Position numbers and translations under genes: made by a program. A stretch of 62,461 nt of DNA, taken from positions 1 to 62,461 of the forward strand of contig JBLIRI010000001.1 of assembly GCA_049472235.1 (NCBI GenBank), given 5' to 3'. A model generated the notes under the pieces. It did not search any database, was not told the DNA's origin, and saw nothing but the letters and a program-made list of their open reading frames with translations. Of the stretch, positions 17,968-30,100 are shown piece after piece; within the stretch, counting starts at the first letter, position 1, and the number at the start of each line of letters is the position of its first letter. The stretch is from Thermoplasmatota archaeon. Lineage in GTDB: Archaea; Thermoplasmatota; Penumbrarchaeia; Penumbrarchaeales; Penumbrarchaeaceae.

Positions 17968-18875
17968 AAGTGAGGAACATGGCAGCGAACCTCTCGATCC
18001 TGGAAAGGCTCTTTTTCACCACCATCAGACTTTCCGGCTTAGACGAGAATGACAACGAGATGTTCGCAACCGCATTCTTCTTCAATCACAGGAAGGCCGG
18101 GAAGGACCACCTTTTCCTTGTTGCGAATGGTCACTCAGTCAATGAGATGGAGAGATGCACGCTCAAGTTCCATTCCAGGAAGAGAGGGGGCCCGGACCTA
18201 GGAAATACCGTCGAGCTCAAGGTGGATGACTTCTGGAAGAGCTGGCACAACCATCCAAACGATCTCGACATCGCGGTCATGCCGGTATCCCCTCTGCACG
18301 AGCTTTTAATGGAGAAAGGAGCCAAGGTCTACATACAGAGCATCAGCAGCGACCTCATACCCTCCAAAAGGGAGCTTGCCGAGGAGATACAACCCCTCGA
18401 GGACGTCTATTTCATCGGGTATCCCAACGATATCTACGACAAGGTCAACTACCTCCCCGTTGCCAGAAAGGGAACCACCGCCACACCCCTTACGGTCGAC
18501 TTCGAGGGGAATCCATGGTTCCTGCTTGATGGAGCGATCTTCCCCGGATCGTCCGGAAGCCCCGTGATGATGATCGACCAGAACGGCTATATCGACCGCC
18601 ACAACCGCTTCGTCCCCGTAAGGAGGGTCTTCTTCCTCGGAATACTCAGGAGCGCTTACACATATATCGACGAGAGGGACAGGAGAAAGAGCAAACCGAA
18701 AGTGGTCTACCGACAGATGATGGACCTCGGGGTGATCATGCGCTCGAGCGCCCTCAGGGAGACCATCGATGACTATCTCAAGGACAGCGAGACCCTGAGC
18801 CTCAGAAGCAGGCTGACATCGAGAATACGCGACAGGCTTGGTCTCAACCTTCTACCCCTGCCGCTCATCAAGTGA
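17964..18875 (+). CDS. trypsin-like (S1/PF13365-type) serine peptidase, no signal peptide
   Basis: 303 aa. Triad candidates are VANGHSV (His), NDLDIAVM (Asp) and FPGSSGSPV (Ser). The start overlaps the upstream stop (ATGA). Confidence 0.75.
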   Translation: MKVRNMAANLSILERLFFTTIRLSGLDENDNEMFATAFFFNHRKAGKDHLFLVANGHSVNEMERCTLKFHSRKRGGPDLGNTVELKVDDFWKSWHNHPNDLDIAVMPVSPLHELLMEKGAKVYIQSISSDLIPSKRELAEEIQPLEDVYFIGYPNDIYDKVNYLPVARKGTTATPLTVDFEGNPWFLLDGAIFPGSSGSPVMMIDQNGYIDRHNRFVPVRRVFFLGILRSAYTYIDERDRRKSKPKVVYRQMMDLGVIMRSSALRETIDDYLKDSETLSLRSRLTSRIRDRLGLNLLPLPLIK

Positions 18876-18978
18876 ACAATACCGCGATAACGGTTAAGTA
18901 GATAGACCAGTTTCTGACCCCGTCTGAAGGTTCCCCTAGAGTCCCCTTTGGGGGAGGCCTTCTACACAGGGACGGCAG

Positions 18979-20640
18979 GTGTTGGAATTGAAACCCCTCG
19001 AGTGCAAGAGTGACATTTCAAAGGATTACGAGACCCTCTACAAGGAGTTCAAGTGGGAGGTCCCAACATACTACAACTTCGGTTTCGAGGTGGTGGACCA
19101 GTGGGCGGAGGACCGAACGAAGATGGCACTGGTGTCCATACACGCCGATGGTGAGAAATCCAGTTATCATACATTCTACGACCTAAAGGTCCTCTCAGAC
19201 AGGTTCGCCAACGTCCTTTTGGAACTCGGCATAAAGAAAGGGGACCGCGCGCTGGTGATGCTGGAATCGATCCCGCAGTGGTACGTTGTCATGATAGCGA
19301 TGTTCAAGCTCGGCGTCATACCCATGCCGGGAACGGTCCTGCTCACCTCCAAGGATATCAGGTACAGGATAAACAGGGCAGAGGCGAACATGGTCATAAC
19401 GGACGTCAACCATGTAGGCAGGGTCGAGAGGATCGCTGCCGAATGCCCGACACTTATACACAAAATGGTCGTGGATGCCCCCGTGATGGAGTGGCTATAC
19501 TACAAGGAAGAGATGTCCAGGGTGCAGAGCGAGCTCGATATGGATAGGGTGGAGAAGACCCGGTCGGACGATCCCATGCTCCTCTATTTCACTTCCGGGA
19601 CCACCGGGAATCCCAAGATGGTCCTTCATACCCATGCCTACCCGATCGGTCACCTGGTCACGGCGAAGTTTGCACAGGCCCTGACCTCGTGCGATCTCCA
19701 CTGGACCATCTCGGAGACGGGGTGGGCCAAAGCGGCATGGGGAAAGCTCTTCGGTCAGATGATAGTGGGAGCGGCCATCATCCAGTGGGAGACGCCGGGC
19801 CGGTTCGATCCGGACGGGCTCCTGCGTGCAATGGAAAGATACGGCGTCACTACATTCTGCGCCCCGCCCACCGTTTACCGGCTCCTCATACAGCAGGACC
19901 TGAAAAAGTACAACCTGAAGCTTCGCCATTGCATGTCGGCCGGGGAGCCGCTTAACCCCGAGGTCATCAAGGTCTGGAAGGACACCTTCGGCCTGGACAT
20001 ATATGACTTCTTCGGACAGACGGAGACGGTCTGCGTTCTTTCAAACTTCCCCTTCATGCCGATAAAGTACGGCTCCGTCGGGAAGCCGACACCGGGGCAC
20101 GACGTCCGTATCGTGGACGATGAGGGAAATGAGATGCCCCCGAACCAGGAGGGGAACATCGCGATATATCTCGGCGGAACAAGACCTCCCGGTCTGCTGA
20201 AGGAGTACTGGAAGGACCCCGAGGCAATGGAGAAGGCGTTTCACCACGGCTTCTATTTCACGGGGGACAGGGCCTACAGGGACGCGGACGGCTACTTCTG
20301 GTTCGTGGGACGGGACGATGATGTCATAAAATCATCCGGATACCGGATAGGGCCCTTCGAGGTGGAGTCTGCCCTCATGGAGCATCCTGCGGTCGCCGAG
20401 TGCGCCGTGGTGGGGGCTCCGGACCCGAAAGGTGTAAGGGGGATCGTCGTCAAGGCCTACATCATCCTTGCCAGGGGATATGAGCCAACGGAAGCCCTGA
20501 CCAGGGAGATACAGGAGCATGTCAAGAACACGACCGCTCCCTACAAGTACCCGCGGATCATAGATTACGTCAAGGACCTCCCAAAGACCATCTCGGGAAA
20601 GATAAAGAGGAAGGAGCTCCGGGAAGAGAGCAGCGGATGA
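18979..20640 (+). CDS. AMP-forming acyl-CoA synthetase (medium-chain/ACSM-like)
   Basis: 553 aa with a GTG start. Motifs: LYFTSGTTGNPKMVLHTH, YFTGDRAY and C-terminal SGKIKRKELR. Confidence 0.88.
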   Translation: MLELKPLECKSDISKDYETLYKEFKWEVPTYYNFGFEVVDQWAEDRTKMALVSIHADGEKSSYHTFYDLKVLSDRFANVLLELGIKKGDRALVMLESIPQWYVVMIAMFKLGVIPMPGTVLLTSKDIRYRINRAEANMVITDVNHVGRVERIAAECPTLIHKMVVDAPVMEWLYYKEEMSRVQSELDMDRVEKTRSDDPMLLYFTSGTTGNPKMVLHTHAYPIGHLVTAKFAQALTSCDLHWTISETGWAKAAWGKLFGQMIVGAAIIQWETPGRFDPDGLLRAMERYGVTTFCAPPTVYRLLIQQDLKKYNLKLRHCMSAGEPLNPEVIKVWKDTFGLDIYDFFGQTETVCVLSNFPFMPIKYGSVGKPTPGHDVRIVDDEGNEMPPNQEGNIAIYLGGTRPPGLLKEYWKDPEAMEKAFHHGFYFTGDRAYRDADGYFWFVGRDDDVIKSSGYRIGPFEVESALMEHPAVAECAVVGAPDPKGVRGIVVKAYIILARGYEPTEALTREIQEHVKNTTAPYKYPRIIDYVKDLPKTISGKIKRKELREESSG

Positions 20641-20643
20641 GGA

Positions 20644-23600
20644 TCACTTCTTCGGGGGAAGGGCCTTCTTTCTGCTCTTTCCACCTTCCAGTTCCTTTCT
20701 GCCCTTCCGGCCGTCCGTCATCCGCTTCCTGGGGGTCTCGATCATCTCCACGGATTGTTCCTTCTCCCTTCTATCGAGCCTGTAATAGGAATATCCCATC
20801 GCAGCGATTATCACAAGGAGGATCACCACGAAGATCACCATCAGCAGCTGGACATTGGAATCCTCCTCTCCGTTGGAGGATGTGGGGGGACCCGGGATAT
20901 TGCTCGGATCAACCACATGGATCGTTAGGGGTCTCGTGTAGGAGCTGATACCGTCCAATGAAATGATGGTGATGTTCAAAGATACCATCCCCTCCCTGGA
21001 GTCCTTGGATGCATCCACGTGGAAGGTGGTGTTCACCGAGGAGCCCGGAGCGACCTCTATCTGGTTCGTTCCCAGGGTGAGCTCCAGATCGGACCTCTGC
21101 ATTGCATCCCCGTCGACCCTTATCTTCATATTGTCGAAGGTGAACCCGCGATTGGATATTGTCAGGTTGATGGTAACCCCGCTGTCCTGGTATACGACCA
21201 CAAGGGTCCTTTGGAGATTGAGGACGGGATTGTATACGCCGATGGACATCGTGAAGTGGGAGATGGGGGCGAAATCCTTGCCGTCGGAGGATAGGATGTC
21301 GATATAGTAGACACCTTCCTGAAGGGTCGACATGATGGGATATCTGGTATCCGTCAGCACCGAGGTCCACTGGAGTACATCGGAGCCGCCGTAGAACCTT
21401 CCTATCCGGATGAAATAGTATACGGTGTCGCCATCTGGATCCTCCGCGGGGGTCCAGCTTATGGTCGGGGTCCTGTCGCTCGTGGCCTTTGGCTCGATGT
21501 CCATGACCGGTTCCGGGGGATAGTTCGCGTCCGTCGATATCAGAAGGGTCGTGTTTGATATCGGACCGTCCAGATCGTTGGCCGAAGGGACTATCTCCAC
21601 GAGGTATATGTGGCCGGGTATGAAGAGCTGGTCCGGTTCCGGGTCCCAGTATGTGTTCCCGGGGATGACATCCTCATCGGTGACTATGAATTTCTTGTCG
21701 AATGTATCATAGACGGAGATCCGGTACGATACGAAGTCGCCGTCGGGATCGAATGACGGCGACCATGTGATATGAGGTCGGACGGAACCCGATACCTTTG
21801 GCTGGATCGAAGCGATCTTGGAAGGGGGCCTGTCGGTGACCTCGTCGATCTTTTCCCGGATGACGATCTGCACGTTGGCGGATTGGCCTCCATTGCCCAG
21901 CAGGTCCCTTGCCCTCACCCGGACGAAATTGTAGTACCCGAAGGCCAGGGAAAGGTTGAAGGATATCTCCACCGCATCGTCAACGATCTCGTAGGTGCCC
22001 ATGATCGTCGATAGGTTCTGCCAGGGGAGGAAGTTCCCGACCCCGTCAAGGGAGTAGGAGACCTCGGTACGGTTCGGGTCCACGCCTATTCCGTTGTCGG
22101 TTATGCTCGCCCTGAAGCTAACAACTGTATTGTGGAACACGGCCCCTGACCTCGGGGAGGTCATATCGACGGCCGGACCGGATGCGTCCACCCAGACGCT
22201 GTAGGTCTCGCTGACGGAGTATTCCTCTTCCTCACCACCGTTGCCCAGCATGTCCTTTGCCCTGAACCTGATCAGGTTCTCCTTCCCCTCGAGGAAGGTC
22301 ACGTTCACGTCGTAAAGGGAGGTCAGGTTATCGATGGGATAGACGTTCCCCTTTCTCTGCCATCTGTCCCATTCCCCCTTCTCCTCCTGATAGGTCTGGT
22401 AGAAGATGGACCAGGGGTCCACCCCCGAGAGGTCGTCGCTGACCATTACCTGGAAGTTCACTATGTTGGAATCTATCCAGGCACTCTCTCCTGGTTTCAG
22501 CAGCTCGAACGTGGGCCCGGTCTCATCTATCCTCGGCAGGTTCTCAAGGGGCGTCTGAACTATTGTCTGGTTCCCCGATGCTGCCTTTGCGGAGAAGTAG
22601 AAATAGATGTCCAGGTCCCTCTCCACGACTATCGAGCAAAGATAGGTCTCTCCGTTGCGGTAGTCATAGTCCGGGGCAGGGCTCTTCCTGAGGTTCATCT
22701 CGAAGGGGGAACCGGGGTACGGGAATACGGAGCCTCCAAGTGTCCTATAGAACAGGTTGACCTTGGGATAACCGGCCCCGGGCGGGTCGTTCTCGACGTC
22801 ATAGTACGTAACCTTGAAGTTGTAGGTATCTCCCACCCCCCCCATCTCCGGATCTACCTGGCCGTCTTCCAGGGAAGGTCCGAAACCCTCCTCCCCGGAC
22901 TGTGTGGTCCGGGTGAAGAAGATGTCCACCTGGCCCTCCCTTCTGTTATCGGTCCAGACGAAGTATCCGAGACCCCCCCTTCCGACCGCAACCGCCGGAT
23001 CTTCCTGGGTAGACCCCTGCACGGGCTCGTTCACGGTGTAAGCACGGTCCAGGGTTCCATTGCTGTAGAGCCTCGTCATCATGATGTCGGATTTGTAATC
23101 GGAGACCCCGGGGGACGATGTCCACGTTATGGTCGAATTGCCTTCGTCATCCAGTGCTATCCTTGGTGAATACTGATGCCCGGATGTCGAATTCGGATGT
23201 AAGCAGGTATCGATGGAGAACGTCACACCAAGGTCCGAGGACCTTGCCATGTATATGTCCGAAGAGGTTGAACGGGGATCCTTCCAAACGATAAGAATAT
23301 CCGTGCTGTTGGCGGCAATGTCGGGCTCGTTCTGGTCGGAACCGGTCGGGTCCTTGCTGATCCTGATGGACTCGTCGAATGTCGAGCCTCCGTCGTAGGA
23401 GGATGCCAGGTAGATGTCCTCGTCCCACACCCTGTCGTCCGACCAGGTCACATGGACCCTCTGGTCCTCGGGAAATGCGACGGCCGGAGCGATGCACATG
23501 TAGGTGGTGGTCACATCGGATATCCTGACCGCTGTTTGGAAACCGGACCCCCTGTCGACCGATCCGTAGATCTGCGGGTAACCTGTCCTGTCCCTCGTGT

Positions 23601-24162
23601 CCTCCCAAACGACCGCAATGTTGCCTCCGGGGGATATATCGATATCGGGATTCATCTGGGTCCCGAGGAAATGATCGCTCACCTTCTTGTTGGTGGAATA
23701 TGACGAGCCCCTGTCGGTGGAGACCGTGCTGTATATCATCGACCTGCCGTCCCTGTCGTCGCCCCAGACAACGACCACGGTCCCATCCTCCATGATCGCC
23801 GCCCTGGGCGAGAGCTGGCTGGACACATCATCGGAAAGTGTTGGGGTCCTGGACGTGTCATCGACCCTTATCTCCGGACCGAAGGTCAGCCCCCCGTCAT
23901 GGGACGCTCTGGAAAATATGTCCCAGGTGCCGTGCCTCTGGTCCTGCCAGAAGATGTAAACGTCGTTCCCGCTCGCGACGATGTCCGGTTGGGCCTGCGC
24001 CGCTCCCTCGAGGTCCTTGTTGATGACCCTGTCCTTCTCGAAAGCGATCGAACCTCCCGCATCCTCTCCGCAGAGGAACAGCAGTGGGACCGGGGCCGAG
24101 ATCAGAAGCAGCATCGTCAGGATGGTCCATGTCCTGTTCAGGTTCAAGGTCCCACCCCCCAT
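20644..24162 (-). CDS. surface protein: BNR/Asp-box (sialidase-like) beta-propeller, Ig/FN3-like modules and a C-terminal TM anchor
   Basis: 1172 aa with an N-terminal TM/signal. Five Asp boxes: SHDGGLTF, STDRGSSY, SVDRGSGF, SYDGGSTF, SSDLGVTF. The C-terminal TM is VQLLMVIFVVILLVIIAAMGYSYY, followed by a basic tail. Confidence 0.8.
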   Translation of the reverse strand: MGGGTLNLNRTWTILTMLLLISAPVPLLFLCGEDAGGSIAFEKDRVINKDLEGAAQAQPDIVASGNDVYIFWQDQRHGTWDIFSRASHDGGLTFGPEIRVDDTSRTPTLSDDVSSQLSPRAAIMEDGTVVVVWGDDRDGRSMIYSTVSTDRGSSYSTNKKVSDHFLGTQMNPDIDISPGGNIAVVWEDTRDRTGYPQIYGSVDRGSGFQTAVRISDVTTTYMCIAPAVAFPEDQRVHVTWSDDRVWDEDIYLASSYDGGSTFDESIRISKDPTGSDQNEPDIAANSTDILIVWKDPRSTSSDIYMARSSDLGVTFSIDTCLHPNSTSGHQYSPRIALDDEGNSTITWTSSPGVSDYKSDIMMTRLYSNGTLDRAYTVNEPVQGSTQEDPAVAVGRGGLGYFVWTDNRREGQVDIFFTRTTQSGEEGFGPSLEDGQVDPEMGGVGDTYNFKVTYYDVENDPPGAGYPKVNLFYRTLGGSVFPYPGSPFEMNLRKSPAPDYDYRNGETYLCSIVVERDLDIYFYFSAKAASGNQTIVQTPLENLPRIDETGPTFELLKPGESAWIDSNIVNFQVMVSDDLSGVDPWSIFYQTYQEEKGEWDRWQRKGNVYPIDNLTSLYDVNVTFLEGKENLIRFRAKDMLGNGGEEEEYSVSETYSVWVDASGPAVDMTSPRSGAVFHNTVVSFRASITDNGIGVDPNRTEVSYSLDGVGNFLPWQNLSTIMGTYEIVDDAVEISFNLSLAFGYYNFVRVRARDLLGNGGQSANVQIVIREKIDEVTDRPPSKIASIQPKVSGSVRPHITWSPSFDPDGDFVSYRISVYDTFDKKFIVTDEDVIPGNTYWDPEPDQLFIPGHIYLVEIVPSANDLDGPISNTTLLISTDANYPPEPVMDIEPKATSDRTPTISWTPAEDPDGDTVYYFIRIGRFYGGSDVLQWTSVLTDTRYPIMSTLQEGVYYIDILSSDGKDFAPISHFTMSIGVYNPVLNLQRTLVVVYQDSGVTINLTISNRGFTFDNMKIRVDGDAMQRSDLELTLGTNQIEVAPGSSVNTTFHVDASKDSREGMVSLNITIISLDGISSYTRPLTIHVVDPSNIPGPPTSSNGEEDSNVQLLMVIFVVILLVIIAAMGYSYYRLDRREKEQSVEMIETPRKRMTDGRKGRKELEGGKSRKKALPPKK

Positions 24163-27100
24163 TCGTCCTCATCTTCCTCCCCTTCTTCCAGGTCCAGGTC
24201 CTCGAGCTCCATATCCTCGATCTCCTCCTCATCGTAAAGGTCGGCCTCTTCCTCGTCGATGACCTCGATCTCCTCCTCGACGGGGATCAGCTCGTCGCCG
24301 AAGCCTTCCCCATCCTCGTCTTCTTCCTCATCTTCCTCGTAATCTTCTTCCTCTTCCTCGTCCTCTTCCTCCTCTTCTTCCTCCTCATCCCAATCGAGCT
24401 CTTCGGAATCCCCGTAAATGTCCTCCTCATCCTCGAACCGGGGCAGCATCTCCTTGGACTTCTTCTTCTTCCTGCCCTTCTTCATGGCCTTCTCCATGTC
24501 GGTCTTGTCCTTTGCGGAGAAAACCGTCCCGCACTTCATGCAGTATTCGTCGGAAAGCCTCGCATCGGACCCGCAGTACGGGCATACCGGGACGAAGAAT
24601 TCGGGCTCGTAACGGGCCTCGACGAGGGGTTGTCCAGGTTCCGGCAGAGTTTCGAGGTCCCTTCTGGATATCAGGAAATAGACCGAGATACCTCCGATCA
24701 GAATACCGAAAAGGAGAGCTATCACGAGGAGAGGAAGCCACTCCTCGAACCAATCCCACATGTTGCCCTGGTCCGAACCGCTATCGTCATCATCGCCCTC
24801 ATCCTGCTCCACGGTCAGCAGATATCTCTGCGATTCCACGATGTTCTTTCCATCGGAGACCACGAGCCAGATCCTGTGGACACCCGGCCGCACGAGTGAA
24901 ACGTTCAATATCATTCCGTTTCCGAGACCCTCGCCGGAGGGGTATTTCTCGAGGTCCGAGAACCAGCTGTAGGTCAGGTTCATTCCCTCCGGGTCCAGGG
25001 AGGGAGAGCCGTCCAGGATGATCGGATCACCCTGGGTGATGACCTCCGTTGCCGGATATATCGCGAACTCCGCCGTCGGCGGAAGATCGATCTCCTTTAC
25101 CGCAACCTCGAGGCTCAACGGGGTCGAGACAACGAAACCGTTGCCCGCCATATCCTTCACCCGGAACCTGATGAGATTGAAGGGGCCCTCGTCGAGCTTG
25201 AGGTCCACCTCCCCTGCGAAAAGACCGCTTCCACGGTCCTCCAGTCCATCCACCGTTGTCCAGGGCGAGTAACCTCCGACACCGTACTGTACCCATCCGC
25301 TTATGGTCGAGAGGGAATATTCAACATCCGAGATCTGGATGCCTGAGCCCTCCTCCCTGATGAAAGCCGTCACGGTCACATCACGTTTCTGAATGATGCC
25401 CGAACCGTCGGGGGAGAAGCTCGAGAAGACCGGGAGCTCATCATCGATGAATATGGATATCAGGTCGCTCTCCACCGTATTGCCAGCGACATCGCTCACC
25501 GTCCACTGAGCGAAACCCCAGCCCCTGTAGGCCGGCAGCACTTCCACCAACGGGGAAGCGCTTGCCCCGGCCCCGGAGAGTCCGACCGTTGTCCAGGATG
25601 TGGTATATATCTCATCCCTGGACCCTATCCTGTATTTTATTGAATCAAGCAGCAATCCGGACCCGGTATCCTCCATGTAGCATCCGATGGAGAATGATCC
25701 GGTCCCCATCATCATACCGTCCTGATCGCCCACATCTATGGTGGGGATCCCGGTGTCCATGTTGAAGGAATACGGAAGGGAGATCGATATCTGACCCGCA
25801 AGGTCGCTCACCTTCCATTGAATGTAATGTCCGAACCCGTTTCCCACAGGTGCGGAGGTATTGAGTACAATGGAGTCACCCATGTTGATCGATGATCTCA
25901 CGTACATCCAATCCGACAGCAACCTCACGTCCGCCCTGTACACCCTGTACATTGCAGTGGACAGGTCGAGACCGGCACCGGTGTCCTTCACCCTTATCGA
26001 GAAGCTGTTCGTATCCTCTGTTATCCACGAGCCGTCTCCCGGACGAGCCTCGGTGAACCTCGGTCCATCCACGTCCAGGAGCATGGTCCTGTTCTCCAGG
26101 GGGCCCTTGTTGCCAGCCTTGTCATAGGCAAAGAACGAAAGAGTGTAGGACCCGCCCGGAAGGAACAGAAGGTCGCCGGGAAGCAGGTTATCCATCTCGG
26201 ATACCAGCTCCATACCGGCATCAAGGACGCGAAGCGTGTAGTTGGAAATACCGGAGCCTCCCTGGTCCAGGACATCGGTCCAGAATATCTCGATGACCTG
26301 ATCGTCATCGATGTTGGAAATGCCCGATTCCAGGCCGTCCGGGAAAATATTGAAGGAAGAAACCGGAGGAGGGGGGAGCGAGTCAACATCCAACCTGAAC
26401 GTCTGATCGCCATTCCAGACGGCACCGCGGGGAAGCGAACCGTTGGACAATCTGAAGGAAAGACCGCTTCCCCAGATCCCGCTGCCCGGAACTGTAGTTA
26501 TCGGATCGAGGAAGGAGCCGTTCATCGAGGACGAACCGATGGGGATCCCGTCAGGCCTCAGGAGCTTCACGACGATCTTCGAAGCATTGGCTCCGAAGGT
26601 CATCCCTGTAAGACCGTGAACCAGGGAGATGTTGGATAACGTTATCTCCGAATCCGCCTTCAGCCAACCCTTGACCGGGGAACCGGATGGATCGAGGACC
26701 TTCATCCCGCTCATATCGAGTCCGACCTCCCTGTCCACGACGAACTCGCTGTTGAGGTAGTTGGAATGCACCCCGGAGTAACCGTCAGCTGTGGTAACGA
26801 TCAAGGTGGGGTCCGGCAGGTCCCAGCCAACATCGACGGCGAAATCAACGAACCATGACTGGACGCTGTCCGTACGTGCCCAGCTTGCCGCCTTGTCCAG
26901 GATGATCTCGTTCTCGAAATCACCGGTCGCCGCCAGCGAGAACGTTTCTGTCTGTGTATCGAAGGCCAGCTCGGCGGAGCCGGCAGCTCCCTCCGATCTG
27001 ATCTGGACCGATAACTTCTCCATGTCCTGGTATCCGGCGAGGCTCCTGGCGTTCACCTTGAACATAAAAGGCCCTTCTCCTGGGGCCAGAACATCCTGCG

Positions 27101-30100
27101 ATCTCTGGAGCGGTCCGGCTATCGCCGATCCGCCGGATATTTCCAGAGGCATCGCCCTTATGGGCAGGTAGAAGAGGTCCTTCCCTTCCCAGTAATATAC
27201 CGCGCCGGGACTGTTCCCGTCACCCATGGGATCCGCGCCGGGCGCTCCGATGAACATATCGTACCTGCCGTCCCCGTTCACATCATCGCCCGCAATGGCG
27301 TAACCGGCCTCATCATTGTACATGAAACCCGAGATGATGGGAAGTGAGGTCGTATTGATCAGAAGTGACGATGAGAAGAGCGAGTTGGGAAACACGAAGA
27401 TACCCCCCGTGACCAATCCGCTGGAAACATCCCTGTAACCCTTTGCACCGATGAGGAGGTCGAGCTCCCCGTCGCCGTCGATATCTCCGATATCGACAGC
27501 CGAACCCGTTCTCTGGCTTTCCTGATCGCCGCATATCGAGACGTTGTATTCGCTCCTCAGGGATATCAGCCCCGAGGGAAGTTTAGAGGCGAGGAAGGAA
27601 CCCTCGAGGATGTACACGTTCCCACCCTCCTTCTTCGACCTCTGGAACCCGTCCCCGCTGGGGCTCCCCAGGAAGAGTTCCGCCTTTCCGTCGCCGTCGA
27701 CATCCTCGGCAGCCAGGGTCGATCCGACCTCGTCGTAGGGCCATGGTCCGAACACCCTGAGGCTCGGCTCCGTGGTGAGGTCGATGTTAGAATTCCAGGT
27801 GGACCTCCCCTCCAGGATGTAAGCGACCCCCTGGCGGGTTATGGCGCCTGCCTTGGATTTGGGAGCTCCTATCACGAGATCGTCGATCCCGTCATCGTCT
27901 ATGTCCGAGATCGCAAGGGACTCACCGATGAACTCGTTGTCCTCGGCCCCGATTATCTTGACATCGTAATTGTTCCGGGACTTGATGATCGAGCCCGAGA
28001 GGGGTCCGAACATGATATAGACCATACCCGCATGATACCGATTTGCCGTTTCCTGACCCGGATCATACGGTGCGCCGAAGGCCAGGTCGTCGATGTTATC
28101 GCCGTTGAGGTCCCCGACGGCAACGGAAGACCCAATCCTCTCCACGTTGTATCCTTCATAGGTGAGGTTCGGGGCCGATGCCATGTAGGTCCTCGATCCG
28201 CCCCAATATATGCTCACACTCCCCGCATCATTGTACAATCCATCTATCTGATTGAGGGGGGCTCCAACCACAAAATCCGGATATCCGTCGTTGTTGAGGT
28301 CACCGGTGGTCATGGACCTGCCGAACTCCGAGGTCTCCACCGCGTTGTTGTAATATATGTCCCCGTCGCCCGCTGCGAAATATCTCCCGCTCCATCCTTC
28401 CGGTTCTCCGAAGAAGAGGGTCACGTATCCGACCCTTTCGGGGCCGCCCCCGAGGGGGTCTCCGACGACAAGGTCGTCGTTGCCGTCCTGGTCGAAGTCC
28501 GCGACCACCATCACGGATCCGAACTTCGAGGCGTTGAACTGACCCACGAAGGATGCGTCGAATGAGCTTTTCAGGGAAAGGACGCTCACTAGTCCGGTGC
28601 CCGTAGATGGTCCAAGGTCGACCTCCTCGAACGCGGATGAGATTATGACCTCCTCCATCCCGTCAACGACCATCTCCGAAACGGCCATGCCGGAGAACGC
28701 CCCGCTGTCGGTGGTCCTTCCCTTGAAGGCCCGGACGGAATCCTGGAAGGTCATCGTGCCCGGGACCGTGCCGTCCAGGTCGAACACGTATGCCTCCCCG
28801 CAGTTGGGCTGTAGATTATCCACTCCGTCCCCACCCGGAGCGGTTATTATGAGTTCGTCATAACCGTCGGAATCCATGTCGGCTCCGATGGTCAGCTTGC
28901 CCCAGTTGTCCGAAGAATCGACGCCATAGGTCGTGACGTTGGCATCGGACCGGGTAAGCGTGATGTCGGAGGGGATCGACCGGCCGAAGAATATGTCGGC
29001 CTGGCCCACCTTCTTCCTCCAGACCTCGTAGCCAGTTGCATAGGGCAGGCCTATGACGAGGTCATCGCCCTCTTTTCCGTCAAGGTTGGAGTAGGAGAGC
29101 GAGGCCTCCTCCCATCCTCCCGGATAGAGGTCGATCTGGACATCGGCATCGAAATCTGCACCCTCATGGACCTGGATATCGGTCCCGGCCGGGACGCCGG
29201 GATATGTGAGGCTCCCGAGCTGGATCACGGCATAACCTCTCCCGCGGTATCTGTACGTGAAGGACAGGTCGTCCGTTCCGTCCCCGTTGAAATCACCGAC
29301 GGCAAGCCCGTTGCCTATGTGCGTGGCAAAAATATCCACCGTTGAAACGGCCTCTCCGAAATATCTCACCATTGGGGGCGTCAGCGAGAGGTCGACGGTT
29401 CCTATACCGGCAGTGTTCCCCTCGATGATCTCGATCTCCCACGACCCTAAGCATTCGTTGGTGAACTGGGATACCCCGGGTTCCCTGATGCCGCCGTTGC
29501 CCTCGGTGCGGATGACCATGTCAATGCTTCCATCGGCGTTGAGGTCGCCCGCTTCGATACCGATCCCCAGGTGATCACCCACATCCCGGCCGTAAACATG
29601 GGCGAAAAGGGAGACCCTGTCTATCTCCATCGAAGTGCCGAATGCGATCCTCTGCTTTCCCGCGATCACGTAGACCTCGCCGGAATCCCTGCGGGCATCC
29701 AACGGACCGTCAGCGTACGGGGCCCCTATCAGGAGCTCGTCCCTGCCGTCATTGTTGAGGTCCATAACATGAAGTGAGTGACCGAACCAGTCATCAGCAT
29801 CCCCTGCGGTGATGACCAGGTCAGCATCGTAATGGCCGACCGAAGTGAAAAGTTCGTCGGGCTCCCTGGCAAAGAACACCATCACCGCCCCTCCACCTGC
29901 TCCGAGGTCGGACTGCGGTGCTCCGATCGCTATGTCATCCCTGCCGTCCCCGTCCAGATCTCCGGAGGCGACGGAGGTTCCGAAAGGAACGTCCTTCTCG
30001 CCTCCCAGGACCGTGAAGATATCATCCCTTCCAAGGACAGTGTATGAATCCAGGTCCATGGAGATTGGCAGGTCTGTAACGATATCGCTACCGATGGTTA

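Noticed and set aside
18876-18978. Possible small RNA or riboswitch in the spacer before the second CoA ligase, where GAAGG...CCCCTTTGGGG...CCTTC forms a hairpin.
   Set aside because: Only a short GC hairpin is present, with no recognisable riboswitch core or tRNA-like cloverleaf. It is more simply a transcript-end structure after the peptidase gene.
24170-24420. Considered whether the repetitive tracts at 24170-24420, 31075-31125, 31190-31400 and 31690-31960 were a CRISPR array or a non-coding satellite.
   Set aside because: There are no unique spacers of constant length. The periodicity is 3 nt and the tracts translate in frame to poly-E/poly-K within long ORFs.
24084-24899. Plus-strand ORFs of 271 aa and smaller across the acidic-tail region of the 2008-aa gene.
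   Set aside because: They are the Leu/Phe-rich antisense reading of a poly-Glu/Asp tract and carry no independent signals.
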